Position numbers and translations under genes: made by a program. A stretch of DNA of 64,000 bases, taken from NCBI GenBank assembly GCA_045545595.1, contig JAZQBG010000003.1, positions 91,462-155,461 on the forward strand, given 5' to 3'. Source of the DNA: Bacilli bacterium (lineage in GTDB: Bacteria; Bacillota_I; Bacilli_A; RF39; UBA660). A model generated the notes under the pieces. The model searched no databases. It saw only the letters and a program-made list of their open reading frames with translations, and had not been told where the DNA came from. Each line of letters starts with the position of its first letter. Position 1 is the first letter of the stretch. Of the stretch, positions 9,994 to 19,319 are shown in pieces.

Positions 9994-10482
9994 TTATTTT
10001 TTTTGATATTCAATGTTATATTGTTGTTTTAGTTTATCTATTTCTTCTTTTGATGTATAAATTAGTATTTTGTTTATTATTATCCCTGATATATCTATAT
10101 TAGGGATTTCATCTGAGAGATTATTTTTCTGTAATATATTTTTATAGTGAGAAACAAAATTTTCTAGATTATCAAAACTATATTCTTTAAGTTCTTCTTT
10201 TATTTTTTCATTCCATGTTTCTCTGATATTTGAATATAATTTTTTTATTTGATACTTATTTTTTTCTAATATTGAAAACTTTTCATTAAAATTTTTACTG
10301 CTTAAAGTATTTTTAAAATCTACTAAATACTCTGAATAATTATTTATATCAGAAACTGTTTCACTAAATACCATTACAGTTTTATTCTCATTATTTATAA
10401 ATATATAATATTGAAATACTAATACTATTATAAAAAGAAAACTAAGAATGGATCTTGCGAATTTTGTCATAATAATCACCAT
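9994..10482 (-). CDS. hypothetical membrane-anchored protein
   Basis: N-terminal TM segment. Confidence 0.35.
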   Translation of the reverse strand: MVIIMTKFARSILSFLFIIVLVFQYYIFINNENKTVMVFSETVSDINNYSEYLVDFKNTLSSKNFNEKFSILEKNKYQIKKLYSNIRETWNEKIKEELKEYSFDNLENFVSHYKNILQKNNLSDEIPNIDISGIIINKILIYTSKEEIDKLKQQYNIEYQKK

Positions 10483-10504
10483 TCTTAGTATTATCTTTTA
10501 TTTG

Positions 10505-13123
10505 TTAATTAAACTTATTTTTTATTTTTTTATATACTTCCATAACTATCAATACAATAGTTGAGATTAAGAATAAATATAATATATGAATAGCTGGAAT
10601 TGAAATTGTTTGAAGAAACTTAGACATAAACGGTACTTCCATAACAATTATTTGTAAGAGAACTGAACATATAACTCCACCAACGATTAATTTATTAGTT
10701 TTTAATGGAACACTAAATGCTGAATTACTTTCACTTCTACAGTTAAATACATGGATATTTTGTATAAATACCATTAATGCCATAATGTAACCTCTTGCCA
10801 TTGTAACTTCCATATTTAATACATTTATTAAAATGTACCATGTAATAAATACTACAGTTCCTATTACTAAACCTGATACTATAATTTCTCTAAGCAAGTT
10901 TTTATCGAATAATGGTTCTTTTGGATTTCTTGGTTTTTCCTTCATAATACCATTTTCTGCTTTTTCAAATGATAAAGCAAAATCTTGAATACCATCCGTT
11001 ACTACATTAAGCCATAAAAGTTGTATTGCGACTAATGGCATTGGTAAATCAAATAAAATTGATAAACAGAAGAATAATACTTCAGCCATACCACAAGAAA
11101 TTAAGAATAAAATTATTTTACGTATATTAGAATACGCTACACGTCCTTCTTTTACACCAGCAACAATTGATTTAAAATTGTCATCAATTACTATCATATT
11201 TGCAGTTTCACGCGCTATATCAGTACCACTTCCCATAGCGATACCAATATTCGCACTTTTTAATGCTGGAGCGTCATTTACTCCGTCACCAGTAACCGCA
11301 ACAAACTCACCTTGTCTTTTTAATGATTCAACAATTTCAAGTTTTTGCAAAGGTGTTACTCTTGTAAATATTATCTTACTAGATACAAATTTATCAAATT
11401 CTTCTTTACCTTTTGATAAGTATTCATCTACTTCTTCACCATTAGTTACATCATCATATGTATTAGTTAATTTTAAATCTTTTGCAATAGAAAATGCAGT
11501 TAGAGGATGATCCCCTGTAATCATTAAAACTTTTATACCTGCATTTCTACATTCATTAATAGATGCAACTGCTTCTTTACGTATTGGGTCAATAAAACCA
11601 ACCATACCCATGAATGTTAATTTCTTTATATCATGTTCACAATAACTATCTTGTTTTTTAACTTTACCATTTGCGATAGCTATAACTCTATATCCATCTT
11701 TCGCAAGACTTTCATTTTGTTCTTCTAGTATATTAGAATTTATTTTTTCATCAATTAAATTAATATCACTACAAAATTCTTTTACTTTTTCTAATGAACC
11801 TTTTACTGTACAATATGTTTCACCATTCATTTCATAGAATACTGCTGAATATTTATTTTCTGATTCATATGGAATAATTTCTAAAGTTTTAATATTGTGA
11901 GTTTTTATATTTAATTTTTTACCTAGAACTAGGAAAGCAATATCTATTGAGTCACCTAGTCTTTTATTTTTATCAATACTAGCCTCATTATTTAATACAC
12001 CATATAAAGCTAGATCTTTTGCATACTCTATGTTTTCACCTATTACTTCACCTTTAATATCATAACCAGTACCAGATATTTCATAGCTAGTGTTATTTGG
12101 AAGTAATATCTTCTTTGCAGTTTGTTCATTAACTGTTAATGTACCAGTTTTATCACTTGCAATTACTGTACAACTTCCTAATGATTCAACAGAGTTTAAT
12201 TTTCTTACAATTACATTTTTCTTAGCCATTTTATTAGAAGCAATCGTTAGAGCCATAGTTAAAGCAAGGGGTAATCCTTCTGGCATTGCAGAAACTGCTA
12301 ATGCAATTACTGACAAAAATATTTCATGATATGGTACATTTTTAGTTATTAGTAGAAATGTAATGATTACAGCTACAATTAATACTAACATACTAATTTG
12401 TTTAGAAAACTTTTCCACACGTATTGTTAATGGAGATTTTTCTTCTTTTGTCTCATTTATACTGTGTGCGATTTTTCCTATTTCAGTATTAAGTCCTACT
12501 GCAACAACTATAGCTTTAGCTCTACCTGTTACTACATTTGTGCCAGCAAATAACATATTACTTTGTTCTGTTATAGCAGCATTACTTTTTGAAACTATAT
12601 CACTTGTTTTATTTACTTGTACACTTTCACCTGTTAATATTGATTCATCAACCATAAAGTTATGAGCTTCTACAATTCTTAAATCAGCCGATATTTTGTC
12701 TCCTGATTCTAAAAGTACATAATCTCCTATTGTTAATTCAGTAGAATCTATTACAATTACTTTGTCGTTTCTTACAACTCTAGTTTTAACTGTTACTAAT
12801 TTTTCTAAAGCTTCAGCTGTATTGTTAGCTTTATTTTCCTGATAAGTTCCCATTATAATATCAATTAATACTATAGCTATTATTGCAACTGCATCAATTA
12901 CTTCACCAACTATTAATGATGCTAAAATTGCAAACAATAACAATATTATAATTGGATCTTTAAATTCATTAAAAAATATTTTTATAACACTGTCTTTTTT
13001 CTTTTTTGGTAATGTATTCTTGCCATATTTCTTAATTCTTTTATTAGCTTCTGCACTACTTAATCCTTTACTACTTGTATTTAATTCTTTTTCTAAATCT
13101 TCTATTTTTTTATTGTAAAACAT
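10505..13123 (-). CDS. P-type cation-transporting ATPase (type IIA Ca2+-ATPase-like)
   Basis: 872 aa with 'ASDKTGTLT' phosphorylation site, 'TGDGVNDAPALK' hinge and 10 TM segments. GGAGGAG RBS. Confidence 0.9.
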   Translation of the reverse strand: MFYNKKIEDLEKELNTSSKGLSSAEANKRIKKYGKNTLPKKKKDSVIKIFFNEFKDPIIILLLFAILASLIVGEVIDAVAIIAIVLIDIIMGTYQENKANNTAEALEKLVTVKTRVVRNDKVIVIDSTELTIGDYVLLESGDKISADLRIVEAHNFMVDESILTGESVQVNKTSDIVSKSNAAITEQSNMLFAGTNVVTGRAKAIVVAVGLNTEIGKIAHSINETKEEKSPLTIRVEKFSKQISMLVLIVAVIITFLLITKNVPYHEIFLSVIALAVSAMPEGLPLALTMALTIASNKMAKKNVIVRKLNSVESLGSCTVIASDKTGTLTVNEQTAKKILLPNNTSYEISGTGYDIKGEVIGENIEYAKDLALYGVLNNEASIDKNKRLGDSIDIAFLVLGKKLNIKTHNIKTLEIIPYESENKYSAVFYEMNGETYCTVKGSLEKVKEFCSDINLIDEKINSNILEEQNESLAKDGYRVIAIANGKVKKQDSYCEHDIKKLTFMGMVGFIDPIRKEAVASINECRNAGIKVLMITGDHPLTAFSIAKDLKLTNTYDDVTNGEEVDEYLSKGKEEFDKFVSSKIIFTRVTPLQKLEIVESLKRQGEFVAVTGDGVNDAPALKSANIGIAMGSGTDIARETANMIVIDDNFKSIVAGVKEGRVAYSNIRKIILFLISCGMAEVLFFCLSILFDLPMPLVAIQLLWLNVVTDGIQDFALSFEKAENGIMKEKPRNPKEPLFDKNLLREIIVSGLVIGTVVFITWYILINVLNMEVTMARGYIMALMVFIQNIHVFNCRSESNSAFSVPLKTNKLIVGGVICSVLLQIIVMEVPFMSKFLQTISIPAIHILYLFLISTIVLIVMEVYKKIKNKFN

Positions 13124-13140
13124 GTTACTCCTCCATTCTA

Positions 13141-13256
13141 CTAAAAAAGACTTATCTGTATTATTACAGACAAGCCTCGTTAATTGATATTAAATATTAT
13201 AATATCGAGGTTGTCTATTTATTACGTAGAGTATATTATTAACTACTCCCTCGTAT
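13141..13256 (-). ncRNA. candidate yybP-ykoY-like (Mn2+) riboswitch / leader attenuator of the P-type ATPase gene
   Basis: Minus-strand promoter TTGATT-16-TATAAT. The leader starts 'ACGAGGGAGUAGUU', containing the GGGAGUAG hallmark of the yybP-ykoY L1 element. An intrinsic terminator hairpin (CTTGTCTGTA..TACAGATAAG plus U-run) ends about 20 nt before the RBS. Confidence 0.35.
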
Positions 13257-13282
13257 ATTATAATTATAACACTTAAATGAAA

Positions 13283-14443
13283 TTAATCAATTCTATTCTT
13301 TTTATTGTTAAAATTAATTTTAAAACTTTTAGTTTTTTTATTATCTTCAGTTTTTTCTTCGTATTCATTTTGAATAATATCAATGTCATTATTTTTAAAC
13401 ATTTCAATTGCTAATTTAGTAGCATATTTAACACAACTTAAATCATGAAAGTCCATATTTTTTTCATCTATTACATCTATTTTTGGAATCTCTTCACCAT
13501 CGAGAAAATCACTATCTTCCATTTCATCATATTCTTTTAAAAAAGTATCATATTTATAAAATACACTTTCTAAACATAATTTTTTTGTTACGTAATTTAT
13601 TAATCCTATAGTTGAAATTGTCATTCCATATTTATCAACATATTCTTCAACTTTCTTTTCATATATATTAACTTTTTCTGAATTAATTCTATTTACATAA
13701 TTATCCCAATTTTTTTCTATTCTACGAACTGATTTTTTAATTGGTTCTAATAAATCCAAGTGTACTAAAGCATATGATGATAGATGTTTGTCGTACTTTT
13801 TAATATAATCTGTTAGAAAAGTGTTTATACCATAGGCTTTAAGTTTATTAAAACTTTTAAAATTCATATGTAATATTTGTTCTAAAGTGTAGTCTTCGTT
13901 TTCATAAAAGATTTCATCAATTAATCTTTTTGCAAAGAAGTTACAAATAGTATTACTTTTTTCATATGTATCAAGAATATACAAAAATCCTAATCCATAT
14001 TCTTCTTTTAAACTTTCGTCTTTTGTTTGTTCTAGTGCAGCAGCAAGTTTAATTAACTCTATTTCATAGAAAGATGATGCTTGTAGTTTAAAACTACATA
14101 ATTTAGGATCTTCTAATGCCATATCACTAGTAATACCTTTAGATATTAAAATAGTTAATTCATGTGCATTTATATCGTCTTCATCAACTGTTTTTAGATA
14201 GTTGTTTCCAACATCTACAATAAAGTTAAAATCATTTTTAAATGTTTCAACTATAAATTTTACAAAATTATAATTCTTCTTAACTTCATCAGAGCATAGA
14301 TTATATAAATTTTTATCTTTAGTATGTTTTATTACCTCTATCATAAATTCATAATCATTTTCTAATTCATCAATATCATAATCAACTAGTTCGTTTCCTA
14401 CAATATAATCAAAAACTAATTTTTTACTATACTTTTTAACCAT
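13283..14443 (-). CDS. hypothetical protein (386 aa), no recognisable domain
   Basis: Intact ORF with AAGGGGA RBS. Its own promoter region carries the operator-like palindromes listed below. Confidence 0.5.
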   Translation of the reverse strand: MVKKYSKKLVFDYIVGNELVDYDIDELENDYEFMIEVIKHTKDKNLYNLCSDEVKKNYNFVKFIVETFKNDFNFIVDVGNNYLKTVDEDDINAHELTILISKGITSDMALEDPKLCSFKLQASSFYEIELIKLAAALEQTKDESLKEEYGLGFLYILDTYEKSNTICNFFAKRLIDEIFYENEDYTLEQILHMNFKSFNKLKAYGINTFLTDYIKKYDKHLSSYALVHLDLLEPIKKSVRRIEKNWDNYVNRINSEKVNIYEKKVEEYVDKYGMTISTIGLINYVTKKLCLESVFYKYDTFLKEYDEMEDSDFLDGEEIPKIDVIDEKNMDFHDLSCVKYATKLAIEMFKNNDIDIIQNEYEEKTEDNKKTKSFKINFNNKKNRID

Positions 14444-14592
14444 AAAAATCCCCTTAATAAATTTGATAGTATATAGTTTACAAAATTTTTATGATTTTTT
14501 CAACTTAATATTGAGTTTTTCTGAAATATATATTATTTTTAAGACTTGACTTTTTGTAATAAAAAAGCATATTGGTCTCTTCAGGGGGACCG

Positions 14593-14745
14593 TTACGAAT
14601 AGTTCGTAATTTGAATAACCCTTTTTAAATCTTTATTACGATTGGTTCGTAATTACCTGCTTATCCCCTATTTTACCCCTATAAGTTAGTGTGTCGGTTC
14701 CTATATGGTTCCTGATATAAAATTCTACATTCAAAACGGTTCCTA
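14593..14745 (-). promoter_or_regulatory. two palindromic operator-like sites plus three GGTTCCT direct repeats upstream of the 386-aa gene
   Basis: TTACGAAtagTTCGTAA (14593-14609) and ATTACGAttggtTCGTAAT (14635-14653) are perfect inverted repeats about 42 bp apart. CGGTTCCTA occurs at 14695 and 14737, with GGTTCCT at 14707. Confidence 0.4.
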
Positions 14746-14765
14746 GAATATTTTTTATTATAAAT

Positions 14766-14794
14766 ATTCAAAAAAACAGATATTTCTATCTGTT
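14766..14794 (-). terminator. rho-independent terminator of the 951-aa gene (overlaps its stop codon)
   Basis: Minus-strand AACAGATAgaaaTATCTGTT hairpin followed by TTTTTTT. Confidence 0.65.
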
Positions 14795-17641
14795 TAATGG
14801 ACTTGACGTTTGACTTTTTGATGCATTTTGTTTCATTTCTATTTCTACTGCTCTTGCAATATTAACTAAATCATTTAAATTCATTACTATATTAAAATTC
14901 CTAGTACCATCATTATATTCATCATATAAATAAATTTTATCTTCTACAACACTATTGTCTTGTTCTTTTAGTGCTTTAAATCTAAAATGAGCAACTGAAT
15001 TTCTTAATTTATTTATTATATAGTTCTTCATATTTGTAAAATCTCGTTGTTCATTTGTTTTATCATCAATAACAAATTGTTTTAAATATTCTTCTTGACC
15101 AAATTCAATACCTGTATTTGTTCTTATAAATTGAATTGAATCATTGTATGAATTATGTATAAATTGTATTGGTTCAATATTTATATTTTCAAAATTTATT
15201 GTTCTATCGATATTGCTAAAAACACTATTTACATATATTAAAGAAGCTACAATTTTAGGATTATCAATGCCAAAAATACTTTTACAAATATTAACATTAT
15301 AATTAGTAAGCATTTCATTTAATAGTTCTGTTTCGCAAGAAAAAAATTCATTCGGAAACTCATCTAATCTTTCATAATTCATACCGACTCTATTAAGTAA
15401 AATTTCAATATTATCAAAATTGAATTTACAATTCATCAATTTTACAGGCAATTTAGACATATCTATATTAATTTCTTTTTTAGTAAAATAATCTATTATT
15501 TGTGGTGAAGATATATAATTTCTATACATTTCATCAGCTATCATTGTCACATCAATATTGTTATTTTTGGCATTTTCAAATAATCTAATAATTGATTCTA
15601 TTCTATTATTATGACTTACCCAATTAGGTAATTTCATTAATGCATCCAATGAAATATCATATTTTTTGGCAGCTTCAAATATTTTTATTACACCATCTTC
15701 TCTTACGAAACTCGACATCCACATCGCTGTTGCAAATCGTTGTTCTTCGTTCTTTTTATCATTTTCTACATATTTACAAATATCGGAAATATTAATGTTA
15801 TTTTTTTCAAAATAATCTGTTAATTTCTCAAATGACTGCGGATAAAAGAATATATCACTTGGTAAACTTGACATAATAATATCGCCATATTTAGTTCTTA
15901 TTTTTTTATAAAAATTAAGAGATTCTTCTAAATTATCCCACATTTCTGGCAAAGGTAATTTAAGTGCTTCCTCTATGTCTATATCTGATCCTTTAATAAA
16001 TTGCAGAAAATATTTAGTACTATCGTAATTTCTAAACATTACGTCCGGGAATTCAATTATTTCTTTTAATGAAATATTTAATACTTCTCTATTCTTTAAA
16101 AGTTCAATTAAGACATCGTGATTAAAAAAACCATTAATATGAATTTTTAATAAATCTTCCATTGCTACATTTAGATTTTTTATATCAGTTAAAAATCTTA
16201 CAATATTTTCTTCTTCTAAAATTGAATCTGTTTTTATATATAAACTTGGTAATAGGTCCATCGACATACTATTCTTTTTTAAACTTTGTGATACTATCGC
16301 TAGTCTTTTTAAATTCACTTGATAAACTTCACTATTTTTTAAAATTTCAAATATTTTTTCTAATTCTATATTATTTTCCTTTGCATAATTTATAACATTA
16401 ATAATTTCATCACTATTTGAAAAACTTTTAATCTCATATACAATATTTTCATCTATGTCGCTACTTTTCAAATATTCATAAGTCTTTTTAAATTGTTCTT
16501 TGTTACGTAAAATTGAATACCTATTATTAGAGCAAAACACTTTTTCAATATCTAAATTGTTATTTATAATATATTCAATAAAATTTATTATTTCATGTGA
16601 ATTAAGCCAATCTGATTGAGTCATTTTAGTTATATATTTTGTATCTAATTTTTTATTAAAAAAATAATCTAATAATTCACAATCAAAGTTTTCTATTTTA
16701 TCTGTTAGAGAGCAAAATGCTGGAGACGGCAACAAAGATAATTGTTCCAACGAAAACATACCTTTTTTTACATAATTAAATATAACATCTATTACGTATT
16801 CTTCTTTACCAAAAATTTCAACTGGTAATTTATATAATTTATGAATATCGTTATCACAATAAGCGATTAATTTTGTCATAACATTTGGACTTACATTATA
16901 AAAGAAACTATTTAATTGTTTTGGATCAAATTGTAACTCTCTTAATATTGGATACGCTATCGAATCTGTTGTTTCTCGTATTTCTTTATCCTCTTCTTTG
17001 GCAATAATTCGTCCTCTATTAAATCCATCTATATAATCACTAGGAATAAGTACTTTAAAAAAATTCTTTTTATTATCAATTTCAATTAATTTACCTAATT
17101 TTAAATTTGAGTTTCTGTGTTCAAAAGAATCGCGTATTTTTTGAAAAATTAAAATAGCTTTTTTTAATTCTACGATTTCTTTTTCTATATTTATTTGAGA
17201 ATTCGTATTTAATCCATGTATTTTGACTTTTGAAAGCTCACTTTCTTTACCAATTTTTTGAAAATAAGTATTAATAAGTGTTACATTTTTATTTAACTCT
17301 GCTATTTGATTTCTTATTTCGTTTGTTGATGGTTTGATAGATTTAAGTCTATGTAATTCTTTTCTTAATTCTTCTTGTTCTTGATTCCATTGTTTGAATA
17401 TATATTGAGAAATAAAAATTATATCCCATATATCCTGTATGTCTTTATCTAAATCATAATTAATGTCTTTATCCACTTTACTAAGAATCAAGTCTTTTTT
17501 CTTAACAAAATGAGAAACAATATTTTCATAATATTCACTACTATTGATATCTAAACCATTGATACCATATAATCTTTGTTTAGCTAACTCAAGTGATGAT
17601 TCGTTTAATATTTCCTTTACTAACTCGTACAATCTTTCCAC
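14786..17641 (-). CDS. large repeat-containing protein with two HEPN-like R-x4-H motifs (candidate RNase defense effector)
   Basis: 951 aa, GTG start with AGGAG RBS 24 nt after the dpnB stop. Only two R-x4-H occurrences: 'KIRDSFEHRN' (R170/H175) and 'KLRNSVAHFR' (R880/H885). The central region has about six repeats of a roughly 40-aa module (...NNIDIEKVF / NNIELEKIF / NNINISDIC / NNIDVTMIA...). Confidence 0.5.
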   Translation of the reverse strand: MERLYELVKEILNESSLELAKQRLYGINGLDINSSEYYENIVSHFVKKKDLILSKVDKDINYDLDKDIQDIWDIIFISQYIFKQWNQEQEELRKELHRLKSIKPSTNEIRNQIAELNKNVTLINTYFQKIGKESELSKVKIHGLNTNSQINIEKEIVELKKAILIFQKIRDSFEHRNSNLKLGKLIEIDNKKNFFKVLIPSDYIDGFNRGRIIAKEEDKEIRETTDSIAYPILRELQFDPKQLNSFFYNVSPNVMTKLIAYCDNDIHKLYKLPVEIFGKEEYVIDVIFNYVKKGMFSLEQLSLLPSPAFCSLTDKIENFDCELLDYFFNKKLDTKYITKMTQSDWLNSHEIINFIEYIINNNLDIEKVFCSNNRYSILRNKEQFKKTYEYLKSSDIDENIVYEIKSFSNSDEIINVINYAKENNIELEKIFEILKNSEVYQVNLKRLAIVSQSLKKNSMSMDLLPSLYIKTDSILEEENIVRFLTDIKNLNVAMEDLLKIHINGFFNHDVLIELLKNREVLNISLKEIIEFPDVMFRNYDSTKYFLQFIKGSDIDIEEALKLPLPEMWDNLEESLNFYKKIRTKYGDIIMSSLPSDIFFYPQSFEKLTDYFEKNNINISDICKYVENDKKNEEQRFATAMWMSSFVREDGVIKIFEAAKKYDISLDALMKLPNWVSHNNRIESIIRLFENAKNNNIDVTMIADEMYRNYISSPQIIDYFTKKEINIDMSKLPVKLMNCKFNFDNIEILLNRVGMNYERLDEFPNEFFSCETELLNEMLTNYNVNICKSIFGIDNPKIVASLIYVNSVFSNIDRTINFENINIEPIQFIHNSYNDSIQFIRTNTGIEFGQEEYLKQFVIDDKTNEQRDFTNMKNYIINKLRNSVAHFRFKALKEQDNSVVEDKIYLYDEYNDGTRNFNIVMNLNDLVNIARAVEIEMKQNASKSQTSSPLNR

Positions 17642-17665
17642 AATTTCATCTCCTATTTAAGGTGT

Positions 17666-18523
17666 TTATTTTAAACTATTAATAATTCCATGTTCTAAAT
17701 CTTCTATATTGTATATTGTATCCATTTCATTAAATGTTTCTTCAAGATTTTTTCTAGCACTTAACCATCCTAATCCATCAGTAAACCAAATAAAAGTTAC
17801 ACCATTTACTTTTTTAGATTCTTCGGCTAACATCTTATAACTTCTTGCTGTTTCATTTAATTTTGAACCACCACTTGAATAAAAATTAGTTTCTATTACA
17901 TATACTTGATTCTCTGTTTTAATAACAAAATCAAATCTTTTTGTTGATACATTGTTGCCAGACATTGCAGACAAATCTAAATTCCATTTTTTCTCAATAT
18001 CAGATAAGTACATTTCTTTGAAGTAACTAACGTCTTTTTTATATCCTCCTTTTTCGATATATTCTTCAACAAGATTTTCCATTAGATGTCCACCACGATT
18101 TTTTCTACCATTAGAATCTAAGCCAACTTCTATTCCTAAAACATAATCATAAAGGTTATTTATAATATGATTTTGTAATAAATCAAATAATCCTGATTCT
18201 CTCATAAATCTTATGTAATCTTCTATGGAATAAATCATTTTATCAAATTTAAATAAGTATTCATTCATTTGATCTTTAATAAATATCTCACGAGAACGAA
18301 CTGCTAATAATAATGGAATACATTCCAAAGTTTCTGGATATTTAATTAGTATATTTTGAAATTCTTCTTCGATATTTTGGCTACCGATTAATGAATTTAA
18401 AATATTTAATTCTACTTTTACTTTATCAACATTTTTATATATTTTTTCAAAATCAACATAATAAGTATAATCTGAGATACTTGTTTTAAATTTACTTAAC
18501 CATTCATTAAAATCTCTTTTCAT
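17666..18523 (-). CDS. dpnB: type II restriction endonuclease, DpnII (R.DpnII/DpnB)-like, GATC-specific
   Basis: 285 aa, the same size as DpnB. It sits downstream of the two DpnII-type methylases in dpnM-dpnA-dpnB order. Confidence 0.8.
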   Translation of the reverse strand: MKRDFNEWLSKFKTSISDYTYYVDFEKIYKNVDKVKVELNILNSLIGSQNIEEEFQNILIKYPETLECIPLLLAVRSREIFIKDQMNEYLFKFDKMIYSIEDYIRFMRESGLFDLLQNHIINNLYDYVLGIEVGLDSNGRKNRGGHLMENLVEEYIEKGGYKKDVSYFKEMYLSDIEKKWNLDLSAMSGNNVSTKRFDFVIKTENQVYVIETNFYSSGGSKLNETARSYKMLAEESKKVNGVTFIWFTDGLGWLSARKNLEETFNEMDTIYNIEDLEHGIINSLK

Positions 18524-19296
18524 TTAGACTCACTATCCTTTCTTCTTATTGTTAAATCTAAATATTCTTTTTCTTTTTCAATACCGATATATTTTCTATT
18601 TAACCTATTAGCTACTATACCTGTTGTTCCACTACCATTAAAAGGATCTAATACTAAATCTTTTTCATCTGTAGAAGATAATATTATTTTTTCTAATAAT
18701 TCAATTGGTTTTTGAGTGGGATGCTTCCCACATTTCTTTTCGCTTGGTTTTGTTAATGGTGTTTCCCATACATCTTTCATCTGCTTATTGTTATTTAGTT
18801 TTTTCATAACATCATAGTTGAACTTATGTTTAGCTTTAGACATGTCTTTTTTTGCCCATAAGACGGTTTCTGTTGAATGAACGAAAGCACGACAACTAAT
18901 ATTAGGCGGAGGGTTTAATTTCTTCCAGGTAATGTTATTAATTATCTTAAACCCCTCTTCTTCAAGTGCCATTCCTATTGAATAAATATTATGCATAGTG
19001 CCACTTATCCAAATAGTACCTTCATCCTTTAAAACTTTCTTACAAGCTCTTATCCACTTTTTATTAAAATTATGTTTTTCTTTGACGGATATTTTTTCAT
19101 CCCACTTACCTTTATTTACCGATACCATTTTTCCACCACTACAAGTGATTCCATCTCCTGATAAAAAATAAGGTGGATCTGCAAATATCATATCAATACT
19201 TTGTGGCTCTATCTTTTTCAATAATAAAAGTGCATCTCCATGTAGTAATTTAAAATCGTCTTTATCATAGTAGAACTTTTTACTCATGTTATGCAC
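18520..19296 (-). CDS. dpnA: N6-adenine DNA methyltransferase, DpnA (M2.DpnII)-like
   Basis: 258 aa. 'IFADPPYFLS' (DPPY) and 'LDPFNGSGTTG' (FxGxG) in the beta-class order. High similarity to S. pneumoniae DpnA as I recall it. Confidence 0.9.
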   Translation of the reverse strand: MHNMSKKFYYDKDDFKLLHGDALLLLKKIEPQSIDMIFADPPYFLSGDGITCSGGKMVSVNKGKWDEKISVKEKHNFNKKWIRACKKVLKDEGTIWISGTMHNIYSIGMALEEEGFKIINNITWKKLNPPPNISCRAFVHSTETVLWAKKDMSKAKHKFNYDVMKKLNNNKQMKDVWETPLTKPSEKKCGKHPTQKPIELLEKIILSSTDEKDLVLDPFNGSGTTGIVANRLNRKYIGIEKEKEYLDLTIRRKDSESK

Positions 19297-19319
19297 CTCC
19301 TAATAATATTATTGTAAAA

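Noticed and set aside
14590-14660. Possible degenerate CRISPR repeats next to the HEPN-motif gene (to test a Cas13-like hypothesis)
   Set aside because: Only two copies exist. They are internally palindromic operator-like sites, not identical repeats, with no regularly spaced further copies and no cas1/cas2. No CRISPR array is visible anywhere in the window.
14543-14816. Repeated 'ACTTGACTTTTTG' (14543 and 14808) as a mobile-element terminal repeat
   Set aside because: Only two short copies exist, and one lies inside the 951-aa coding sequence. More likely a coincidental promoter-like -35 sequence in AT-rich DNA.
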